Shown: in pieces, positions 49,937-58,045 of the stretch | Layout of the letters: each line of letters starts with the position of its first letter | Numbering within the stretch: the first letter of the stretch is position 1 | Assembly (NCBI GenBank): GCA_037138655.1 | Contig: JBAXHY010000001.1 | Span: 6,221-70,220 of the forward strand | Source: a bacterium | GTDB lineage: Bacteria > Patescibacteriota > Saccharimonadia > Saccharimonadales > SZUA-47 | Reading direction: 5' to 3' | Length of the DNA stretch: 64,000 bases | Made by a program: the position numbers and the translations under genes | Notes under the pieces: model-generated | Seen by the model: only the letters and a program-made list of their open reading frames with translations | The model's database searches: none | What the model was told of the DNA's origin: nothing

Positions 49937-50971
49937 CTATTTTACAAGTTCTGCTTTTAACTTTTCTACCAAGTCTACAGGTGTAGGATCTACGCCGTTT
50001 AATATACCTACATACAAGCTAACAAAGTCGCCAAATACTACAGTCCAAACAAGCTGTTCAATCAAGGTATCCCCTTTTGCGTTAACAACATGCGCTGCTG
50101 GGCGTTTTCCCGACAATAATTTGTCTACAATTTCAAAGCGCTTAGTTACGCGGTCATTGTCAAAACTACTGCGCAGATCAACAATGCTATATGGCTTTTC
50201 GACTGGGTGGCTTGCCCAACCAATAAATTCGTTATGGCAAAATTCTGGATAACTGTTACACCATGCAACGTTTTTGGCGTTTTCGTTAAAACTAATCTTC
50301 CACTTATAAGCTGCTGGCCACAAAGTTGAGCCAGCATAAATTACAGGTGATGTACCGGCAAGCTCTAATGCAAGCTGTTTTGCCGGGTTCTTTGATGTAG
50401 GCACATCCACTAGCCAGTTTTTAACTGCTGCTTCTAGGTGATCTGCGGCTGCAAACAGTTCGGCATCCATATCTTTTGCATTAACAAACCCGACACTCTC
50501 TAAAATATCTATTAACGCCTTAAAACAATAAAGTACAGCAAACCTGGGCTGAGCCGCTTTTGGTAAAAGAATAAAAGGCACATTATGTTCTGACGCCAAT
50601 TGTTGCAACTTACCACCCCCAGCAATTACAACCAGTTCGGCACCTGCGGCTATTGCCTCATGAAAAGCGTTGACCGTTTCTTCGGTGTTGCCCGAATAAC
50701 TTGCAGCAATAACAAGGGTGTTTTTACCCACATAGGCAGGTAAATGGTAGTCAGTTACTATTTCAAATGGAACTTTGTATTTTGGCCAAGACGCAGACAA
50801 TCTGGCGGCTAATGCTGAACCTCCCATGGCTGCATAAACTACGTTCTGAACATCTTTTTTTAAATTCAAAGGCTCAAATTTTTTACGAAGTTGCTCTGCA
50901 GCATGAGAAGCAATCTGTAGCGCGCCGCTACTATCTATTTGGTTAATATATTTTAAATCATCAAGCAACAT
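49937..50971 (-). CDS. Bifunctional phosphoglucose/phosphomannose isomerase
   Basis: MGGSA, SYSGNTEET, NENAK and PE..HNE motifs. Confidence 0.92.
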   Translation of the reverse strand: MLLDDLKYINQIDSSGALQIASHAAEQLRKKFEPLNLKKDVQNVVYAAMGGSALAARLSASWPKYKVPFEIVTDYHLPAYVGKNTLVIAASYSGNTEETVNAFHEAIAAGAELVVIAGGGKLQQLASEHNVPFILLPKAAQPRFAVLYCFKALIDILESVGFVNAKDMDAELFAAADHLEAAVKNWLVDVPTSKNPAKQLALELAGTSPVIYAGSTLWPAAYKWKISFNENAKNVAWCNSYPEFCHNEFIGWASHPVEKPYSIVDLRSSFDNDRVTKRFEIVDKLLSGKRPAAHVVNAKGDTLIEQLVWTVVFGDFVSLYVGILNGVDPTPVDLVEKLKAELVK

Positions 50972-51050
50972 ACATTCCCCTTGTGCTTTTTTTGTTGTAT
51001 ACTACTCACTATAAACTATAATCTATAAACTATCGATATTGGGGGTGGGA

Positions 51051-51533
51051 ATGTTCGGACAAAGAGACACAAGCAGTACAGACGATGCGAATCAACAAAG
51101 TAGCACTCCAGTTTTGCCAATGCCTGACTATAATTCTCAGATGCCGGCGAGCCTGCCCGTAACTACAGCTCCGTCAGTTCCAAATTTTGACATACCAGCA
51201 CCAGAACAATTAAGCTCACCTGTTACTAACAGCCCGCAACCACCTGTTCAGACAAGCCCAGAAGTCACATCAGATATTACGCCCGAAGATTTAGTAAGTA
51301 TGAAGCAAGAGGCATTGCAACACCTTCAGCCACTAGTAGACACCCTAGAACAATCACCAGAAGAAGAATTTAGGACAATAATGATGATGATTCAGGCAAC
51401 TGACGATAAAAAAATGTTAAAAAAAGCACTTGAATCAGCTAAAAAAATTAAAGACGATAAAATTCGTGCGCAAGCAATGCTAGATGTAATTAACGAGATT
51501 AATTACTTTACTCAAACTTCTCAGGCAGAATAA
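51051..51533 (+). CDS. Hypothetical protein (Pro-rich N-terminus, helical C-terminus)
   Basis: ATG at 51051; plausible composition. Confidence 0.7.
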   Translation: MFGQRDTSSTDDANQQSSTPVLPMPDYNSQMPASLPVTTAPSVPNFDIPAPEQLSSPVTNSPQPPVQTSPEVTSDITPEDLVSMKQEALQHLQPLVDTLEQSPEEEFRTIMMMIQATDDKKMLKKALESAKKIKDDKIRAQAMLDVINEINYFTQTSQAE

Positions 51534-51538
51534 ATATA

Positions 51539-52036
51539 TTAGTTTTTACTAATTAGAATTTTTCGGTAAGAACAAAAACCAATAATCGTGACTAGGGCAA
51601 ACAACCCTGCCGACAAGCCAGGGCCAGTATTTGGCACATTTGTAGCTGCCGACACTGCCTTTTTATTAATAGCGTCTGTCTGACTTGGCGAAACACCTTG
51701 AGCCGGAGTTATATAGCCACTAATACTAGTTTCTACAACCGGTACAGAAACTTTTGCTGTTGGTTGTTCTACTTTTATGACATTACCGTCGTTTTTAGTT
51801 GCGTTATCGGTGTCTGCTACTAGTACGGTTGCTACCGAGCTTGATTTTTTGTTGTTTAGTTTTCTGTAGACCCATCTACCCCCAGAAAAAAGTCCAACAA
51901 ATACTGCAACAGTAATAAATAAGCTAGTAAACGCTAATAGCCAAGCAACGCTGGTACTTTGCTTATTTTGTGTAGAATAAAATTCCTGAAGTTCAGGAAT
52001 TTGAGTTGTGGTATTTTTTTTACTAAATATCGACAT
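51539..52036 (-). CDS. Membrane protein with LPXTG-like sorting signal
   Basis: C-terminal VPNTG, hydrophobic stretch and RK; also an N-terminal TM. Confidence 0.7.
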   Translation of the reverse strand: MSIFSKKNTTTQIPELQEFYSTQNKQSTSVAWLLAFTSLFITVAVFVGLFSGGRWVYRKLNNKKSSSVATVLVADTDNATKNDGNVIKVEQPTAKVSVPVVETSISGYITPAQGVSPSQTDAINKKAVSAATNVPNTGPGLSAGLFALVTIIGFCSYRKILISKN

Positions 52037-52105
52037 GACTTTAATATCTCCAATTAATGCCTATCATTTAAATATACAATACTACATTGATACCATTTTT
52101 GCAAA

Positions 52106-52281
52106 TCTGGCTACAAACCACACTCTCTTGTACTAAAAAGGGGTCTTGTTTCCCAAGCCATGAATGGTCATTGTTTATGACCTTCCGTACCTTTTTGGAC
52201 AATTGAGGGTGGCTTAGCGCTGCAATTCCCTCATGACACAAAAACTTTATGTTATAGGGGAATTGCGGTGGGATGGTTAGG
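52106..52281. ncRNA. Candidate ~175-nt structured RNA
   Basis: Several nested helices fill the whole intergenic region; strand is ambiguous. Confidence 0.5.
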
Positions 52282-53317
52282 ATACGAATCGTAAAAGGCC
52301 CAACCTGCGCAACAGGCTATCGAGTCTTGCAATAGCTCCATCATCGCCCTTATAGGCGCCTATTACGTCTGCTACCATTCGTTCAAATCCCTTACTGTCG
52401 CTGGTATTGTCAATAGCCATAGTAACTACAGTAAAATCATATCTGTCGGCAGACTCAGCTGCCCCAGAACCGCATTTTACCTGCACGCGAGTTACTGCAT
52501 CGCCCCTGTTAATAACAACATCGTGGGCTACTCTAGTGCCAATATTAGGTGGCATTCCTGCTCGAGGCTTGTCTTCGCGTTCATTAGCAAGACGAACAAA
52601 ATTATTAGAATCTTCGCCTTCGTTTTGCCAAAGTTTAAATTGTGCACTTGCCATAACGGCAAATTCAAACAATTTTCCGTCACCTACTCCGTCATCTTTT
52701 TGTTCGCCAGGAAGAGGACGTTTTTTGCGTTGCTCTATTACTCGCTCTAAAGCCTTTACTCTCCACGACTCCTCACTATCAGCTACCCTGGTACGTTCGC
52801 CTGTTCTTGTTTGAGAAATTTTAACTAGTTGTACGCCCCTTCTAGAGAGCTCGTCCTTAGTTGTACTAATTCCCATAAAAGCATCTACTTTTTGAGCTCG
52901 TGTGCTTAATGGATCATTACAAACTGAACTTTGTAACGACAGTACGAAACGCAATAAACTGTTGCTATATTCATATTCCACAACTTGTTCAGGGCTTGCT
53001 CCCAAAGCAAGAACAATGTCGGACATCATCGATACAGCCTCTAGCTTTTCGCTAGGATTAGCTACAATACCAGCCATACTAACAAGGTTAGCGTTTAACC
53101 TAGCAGACAACTCACCTGCTGTTTCGCCTAGCTTAGGTTCTAGTAATGTAGTTGCCGCAAGGTTAAGTAAAGGCGCTGCGTCTTCAGGATTAAGTTCATA
53201 ACAGGGTCCCATTCGGTGATATTCTGCCGCGGCTTGTTCGCGACTCATTAGTTGCACAGCCTCAGGTTGTGCTTCTTGAATAATTTCTAGTGGACTTGGT
53301 TGAATCGTATCTGTCAT
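52277..53317 (-). CDS. Orphan protein with C-terminal PD-(D/E)XK-like motifs
   Basis: GKLFE..., HDVVI........RVQVK; TTGACA-N17-TATTAT promoter upstream. Confidence 0.6.
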   Translation of the reverse strand: MTDTIQPSPLEIIQEAQPEAVQLMSREQAAAEYHRMGPCYELNPEDAAPLLNLAATTLLEPKLGETAGELSARLNANLVSMAGIVANPSEKLEAVSMMSDIVLALGASPEQVVEYEYSNSLLRFVLSLQSSVCNDPLSTRAQKVDAFMGISTTKDELSRRGVQLVKISQTRTGERTRVADSEESWRVKALERVIEQRKKRPLPGEQKDDGVGDGKLFEFAVMASAQFKLWQNEGEDSNNFVRLANEREDKPRAGMPPNIGTRVAHDVVINRGDAVTRVQVKCGSGAAESADRYDFTVVTMAIDNTSDSKGFERMVADVIGAYKGDDGAIARLDSLLRRLGLLRFVS

Positions 53318-53395
53318 TGTTTTATGTTTGTGTTTTATGGTTTACTATGACATAATAGCATTAAGTACACATTTTGTCAATAAAGTTAAGGAACT

Positions 53396-53689
53396 ATGAA
53401 AACGTACAGCGTCTTCCCAGCACTAATCGAATCGGACGTCGCTAATATTGAAGTTGGCGAGAATTTTATTGTATTGGCCACACCTGATTTAGTTGCGTTC
53501 TCTAAAGATTTTAACTTTGATAATGTAAGTCGTTTTGTAATACGCGCAACTAATAAAGAAGTCGATAATATCCACGCCTTTGTAGGGGGGCTTGTTCTTG
53601 AACCGCCTGTTCACATGGGGCAAAAAGCAGTTCTTACTGTTTCTTGGCTAAACAGTAAGGACTTCCGTAGTATATTAGACGTTCAATAA
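53396..53689 (+). CDS. Hypothetical protein
   Basis: AAGGA before ATG; 97 aa. Confidence 0.55.
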   Translation: MKTYSVFPALIESDVANIEVGENFIVLATPDLVAFSKDFNFDNVSRFVIRATNKEVDNIHAFVGGLVLEPPVHMGQKAVLTVSWLNSKDFRSILDVQ

Positions 53690-53713
53690 AAAAACGCCCC
53701 TATTATGAGGCGG
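53688..53713 (-). terminator. groEL terminator
   Basis: Minus strand CGCCTC-ATAATA-GGGGCG followed by a T run. Confidence 0.7.
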
Positions 53714-53734
53714 ATTTTTATATTATTTTCGATT

Positions 53735-55402
53735 TTAGTAGTCGGCGCCCATGCCACCCATACCAGCGGCTGCCGCTGATTTTGGTTCTGGTACTTCTAC
53801 TACTAATGCACCCATAGTCATGCCTGTTCCAGCAATACTAACCGCATTTTGAATCGCTTCACGCGTTACACGCTTCGGGTCAATAATTCCTTTAGCCTTT
53901 AGGTCTACTAACTTAGCTGGATCGTTAACATTAACGCCAAATCCTTGTTTACCTGACTTAACTTGCGGTAACCATTCGTCTGGGTTAATTGCAGAGTTTT
54001 CCATTAATATACGAAAGGGTTGTTCTAGTGCGCGCTTAAGCAAAAACTTGCCGTTACTGTAAGCGACGTTATCTACGCCAACAATTAATTTTTCGTCCTG
54101 GACTATAAGTTCGGCAAGATTAACCATAGTTACGCCACCACCTGCCACGATTCCTTCGTCTAATGCGGCTTTAACGGCAGCAACTGCATCGTCTACTCTA
54201 AACTTCTTTTCTTCTATTTCTGTTTCTGTTGCTCCGCCTACTTTAATAACTGCAACCTTGCCGCCTAGTGCTGCCGCGCGCTTTACTAAAGGTTCGTTGC
54301 CGTAATGCGTGTCTGGTTTTTTAGAATCAACTTGAGCCAAAATATGCTTAATACGAGACTTAACATCTGCCGCACTTCCTGCGCCTTCAATTATTGTTGT
54401 GCTGTCTTTACCAACAATTACTTTACGGGCACGACCAACAACTTCTAGCCCAACCGTATCAAATGTCATTCCAAGATCTTCGGTCACTACGGTCGCGCCA
54501 GTTAGTATTGCGATGTCGTTGAGCACTTCTTTACGTCGGTCGCCAAACTCTGGAGCTTTTACAGCAACAGCGTTAAATACGCCCTTTAGTTTGTTTAAAA
54601 TTAGCGCGCCAAGTGCATCACCTTCTACATCTTCGGCTATTAAAATAAGATTTTTTTCGCCTTTTGCTGCCAATTTTTCTAGAATTGGCAAAAATTCTTG
54701 GATATTGCTAAGTTTTTTGTCGGTTATTACAATTGCTGGCTTGTCATATACAGCCTGCATTCGCGTACTGTCGGTAACCATGTATGGACTTACAAAACCT
54801 CTGCTAAATGTAAATCCTTCTACTACTTCGTGTTCTAGATGTAGTCCCTGACCTTCTTCAACAGTCACTACGCCCGATTTACCAACTTTGTCCATCACAT
54901 CAGCAATTAGTGCACCAATTTCGGCGTCACCTGCGCTAATAGTTGCCACTTCGGCGATGCGGCTCTTTTTGCCTTCTATACTTTCGGCCATACCGTTTAG
55001 TTTTTTAAGTACATCTGTCGCTGCTGCTTCTAGACCTTTTCTAAGTAGCATTGGGTTATGACCTGCTGCTATTAGTTTATTTGCTTCGTTTAAAATATGG
55101 TAAGTCAAAACAGTAACGGTAGTAGTACCGTCGCCTGCAACGTCGTTCATTTTGCTGGCCGCTTGCTTTATAAGTTCGGCACCTACTTTGTAGCCCAAAG
55201 TTTCGTCGTCAACGTCTGCAATCTCTACACCTTTTGCTACGGTAACACCGTCATGAGTAACCGTTGGCGAGCCGTAAGTTTTGCTAATAATTACGTTACG
55301 TCCCTTTGGTCCCATTGTCGTTTTAACTGCTTCGTACAAAATACGAGCTCCGCCTAATACTCTTCTGCGCGCATCTTCGTCATAAAAAACTTTTTTAGAC
55401 AT
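53735..55402 (-). CDS. groL: Chaperonin GroEL
   Basis: TMGPKGRNV, AGDGTTT and GGATETE motifs; GMGGMG tail. Confidence 0.98.
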   Translation of the reverse strand: MSKKVFYDEDARRRVLGGARILYEAVKTTMGPKGRNVIISKTYGSPTVTHDGVTVAKGVEIADVDDETLGYKVGAELIKQAASKMNDVAGDGTTTVTVLTYHILNEANKLIAAGHNPMLLRKGLEAAATDVLKKLNGMAESIEGKKSRIAEVATISAGDAEIGALIADVMDKVGKSGVVTVEEGQGLHLEHEVVEGFTFSRGFVSPYMVTDSTRMQAVYDKPAIVITDKKLSNIQEFLPILEKLAAKGEKNLILIAEDVEGDALGALILNKLKGVFNAVAVKAPEFGDRRKEVLNDIAILTGATVVTEDLGMTFDTVGLEVVGRARKVIVGKDSTTIIEGAGSAADVKSRIKHILAQVDSKKPDTHYGNEPLVKRAAALGGKVAVIKVGGATETEIEEKKFRVDDAVAAVKAALDEGIVAGGGVTMVNLAELIVQDEKLIVGVDNVAYSNGKFLLKRALEQPFRILMENSAINPDEWLPQVKSGKQGFGVNVNDPAKLVDLKAKGIIDPKRVTREAIQNAVSIAGTGMTMGALVVEVPEPKSAAAAGMGGMGADY

Positions 55403-55405
55403 AGT

Positions 55406-55675
55406 TTAAGCCTTTACCTTTGCATATACGTTTTCTTCTTTTACTAAAATATATTCTGTTGATTCGATTGTTACTTCGGTGTTGCTATATCCGCCGTAAA
55501 CAACGCGGTCCCCAACTTTTACATCTTTAACGTCTTTACCTACAGCTAATACTTTAGCTATTTTTGGTTTGTCGGCGGATTTTTCTGGCAAGTACAAACC
55601 GCTGGCAGTCTTAGTCTTTACTACTTCTTGCTCTATAACAACATAATCCGCTAGCGGAACTAAAGGTACACTCAT
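55406..55675 (-). CDS. groS: Co-chaperonin GroES
   Basis: PL.D.V, KTASGLYLP and VKVGD.V motifs. Confidence 0.97.
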   Translation of the reverse strand: MSVPLVPLADYVVIEQEVVKTKTASGLYLPEKSADKPKIAKVLAVGKDVKDVKVGDRVVYGGYSNTEVTIESTEYILVKEENVYAKVKA

Positions 55676-55754
55676 ATTAATCCTCCGATTTTAAGTTAGA
55701 AACGGTTGGTAAATCTCGCATTTTCACCAACCTCCACAGCTATATTAGCTTAGT

Positions 55755-55781
55755 CTAGCACTCACTATATATGAGTGCCAG
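55755..55781. promoter_or_regulatory. CIRCE upstream of groES
   Basis: CTAGCACTC-N9-GAGTGCCAG. Confidence 0.85.
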
Positions 55782-55808
55782 TATAACGGTCAATACCTCT
55801 TAAAAACT

Positions 55809-55830
55809 AAAAAACCGCACTAATATGCGG
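55809..55830 (-). terminator. Intrinsic terminator of the candidate large ncRNA
   Basis: Minus strand CCGCA-TATTAG-TGCGG-TTTTTT. Confidence 0.7.
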
Positions 55831-55848
55831 ATAAACAAACGAAGTGAT

Positions 55849-56513
55849 AAATAAGAGAGATTGTAATTGAGTGTGAAGGTGGAGTGGGGGTTGCTAAAAA
55901 GCGATGTTGATCGATTTAAATCGTTCATAATCTTTTATTTAGCAATTCCCCACTCCGTATCGATACTATAAGCATCAATCCTTCCGCGTACAGCAATTTG
56001 CAGTTCGATGAGTGGTATTGAACAACACAGCAAATTTACTGTAAGCCTATTTTCATTTTTACCCCCAAGAGGTAGAAGTTAAAACAGATTCACCCGCTAC
56101 GCGATGCTTCCTCCGTGTGCCCGAACATCTTCTAGGTCAAATTTAGCCAGACTTTCGGCGACACGAACGCGAATTGCGTCTATGTTCCCCCGGCCTTTGG
56201 TTGGCGTAAACAAAACCTCGCATGACAGTCCTTTGTGGACCTTGCGGGCATCCGGCGAGCGCGTCGGTTCGTTGCTTTTAACGAACCTGTTATTCAACTT
56301 GGCGTGCTGTCGTTGCCTTTCATGCCTTTTTGTTCGGGCCGGCTTATCATCTATGTAGCTTTTCAAGGCTACCCCCATTCCTGGATTGAGTGCATCGTTT
56401 CACAACGAGGCAGTCTTATGCATTTGCTCTAGTCTCACGACAGTGCACGCTATTATTAACCGTTTAATAACAACGTGCACTGCCCTGGATTTTTTATACA
56501 ATCTCTCTTATTT
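55849..56513 (-). ncRNA. Candidate large (~660 nt) structured non-coding RNA
   Basis: Perfect 17-bp terminal inverted repeat, many internal helices, and its own promoter, boxA-like site and terminator. Confidence 0.72.
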
Positions 56514-56608
56514 GTAAATGAACAGCCATCGCTCGTGCGATAACACAGCGTTTATCTATATTTGACAAACTTGTTAGTAAATGTACTCCTACAAATCTTA
56601 ATTGTCAA
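56512..56608 (-). promoter_or_regulatory. Sigma70 promoter with boxB/boxA-like antitermination leader
   Basis: TTGACA (56608-56603), N17, TACATT (56585-56580); hairpin TTATCGC-ACGA-GCGATGG; then TGTTCATTTACAA (56524-56512). Confidence 0.65.
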
Positions 56609-56682
56609 TTTTTTTAATCTGTCAGAACACAACTATTTGCCATACAAGTTTTGATAACGTGGGTTTTGATACAATATAAACT

Positions 56683-57543
56683 ATGTCTTTAATAAACAAA
56701 CATGTGCTTATGAGCGGAACAGATTATTTTGACGATGGCTATGCCATTAATGCTCATATGGACGACAAAATACCCGTTGACCGGGTAAAAGCAGCGCAAG
56801 AACATGCCAAAATAGCAGAATATATGCAAAGTGCGGGCATAAAAGTAAGCAAAGTCGCAGCGCCAAAAAACTGCCAAGACGGAGTATATACCGCAAACTG
56901 GGCGCTAATTCATGGCAATACTGCCGTTATGGCAAACTTACCAAATATACGCGAATCCGAAGAATCTTATGCCGAAGATGTTTTAAAAAATATAGGCTAT
57001 AACACAATTAAATTACCTAAAGAAATTCATTTTAGCGGACAAGGTGATGCTTTGCCGTGTGGTAAATATTTGTTTGTAGGAACAAATTATCGAACCAGTC
57101 CAGAAGCGCATAAACTGCTTGAACAACACCTTAAATTAGACGTAATTGGGCTACAAACGGTTCCGCAAACCAACAGCAACGGCAGCCTGGTTATTAACAA
57201 AGTTACCGGCTGGCCAGACAGTTTTTTTTACGACCTAGATCTTGCTTTGGCAGTAATTAACCAAAATACAATTGCCTGGTGTCCTGAAGCATTTACTGCA
57301 GAATCTTGTAAAAAAATAAAAGACCTAAAAGATCTAATTAAAATAGAAGTTAGTCTAGACGAAGCTATGAACGGCTTTGCTTGCAACCTAGTGTCTACCG
57401 GAAAATCTGTAATTATGAGTAGTCATGCACCGATTCTACAAAAAGCATTATTAGACTTAGGATTAACAGTTTATTGTCCTGATGTAACCGAGCTTTTAAA
57501 GGGTGGCGGTTTTATTAGGTGCACAACTCTTACACTAAATTAG
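56683..57543 (+). CDS. Amidinotransferase/arginine deiminase superfamily (pentein) protein
   Basis: D.VYTAN, G.GD, FY.LD, FACN and KGGG.IRC motifs. Confidence 0.85.
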   Translation: MSLINKHVLMSGTDYFDDGYAINAHMDDKIPVDRVKAAQEHAKIAEYMQSAGIKVSKVAAPKNCQDGVYTANWALIHGNTAVMANLPNIRESEESYAEDVLKNIGYNTIKLPKEIHFSGQGDALPCGKYLFVGTNYRTSPEAHKLLEQHLKLDVIGLQTVPQTNSNGSLVINKVTGWPDSFFYDLDLALAVINQNTIAWCPEAFTAESCKKIKDLKDLIKIEVSLDEAMNGFACNLVSTGKSVIMSSHAPILQKALLDLGLTVYCPDVTELLKGGGFIRCTTLTLN

Positions 57544-57550
57544 TATTAAT

Positions 57551-58045
57551 TTAAGCTGTTATTTCTTGGTGAACCCAAAATAGCAATTTTACAAAATCAT
57601 CGGCTGTGTTCCATAAACGCTCCATTGTTCTTGGAGCATATTCACAACCAGAATTGGTGACTAGACTATTAGAACCAAACTGAAAAACTACGCTGGGAAA
57701 TTCTGAATTTAGTTCTTTTGTACTAATAGCTGCATTTTTATATAAATTAATGGTCGCTACTTTGGTTAAATTTTTTAGGTCAGAATTAACCGCTAAAATC
57801 GTAGAATCCCTAAGAGCTAACGTCAAAGCTGTACTTTTTATGCCCGTATCTTCGTCTGTATCGGTGCATACTAATGTGTCGCTAAAATGTTTAGTTACTA
57901 ATTTATGGTTCAGAACTAGATAGTTTGCTAGCCTAAGTGTTCTTAAGGCTATTGTATGAGGAATATCAGCAGGCGTATTTATCGCATCGACGTTATAAAT
58001 GTCCACAAAAGGTTCGCCTTCTAAAAACGGCTGGTCAATACTCAT
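57551..58045 (-). CDS. Hypothetical protein (orphan)
   Basis: ATGA overlap with the murE stop; 164 aa. Confidence 0.65.
   Translation of the reverse strand: MSIDQPFLEGEPFVDIYNVDAINTPADIPHTIALRTLRLANYLVLNHKLVTKHFSDTLVCTDTDEDTGIKSTALTLALRDSTILAVNSDLKNLTKVATINLYKNAAISTKELNSEFPSVVFQFGSNSLVTNSGCEYAPRTMERLWNTADDFVKLLFWVHQEITA

Noticed and set aside
52180-52200. AAAGGTACGGAAGG on minus strand resembling the c-di-AMP (ydaO) riboswitch
   Set aside because: The other conserved ydaO segments are absent.
56097-56378. 93-aa ORF (and overlapping ORFs 56104-56358, 56235-56432)
   Set aside because: No recognisable motif; it lies inside the densely base-paired, GC-richer element where chance ORFs are expected. 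Not fully excluded.
55849-56513. IS/MITE reading of the 17-bp inverted repeats
   Set aside because: No transposase and no flanking direct repeat seen; promoter, boxA and terminator lie outside the repeats in the order expected of a transcript.
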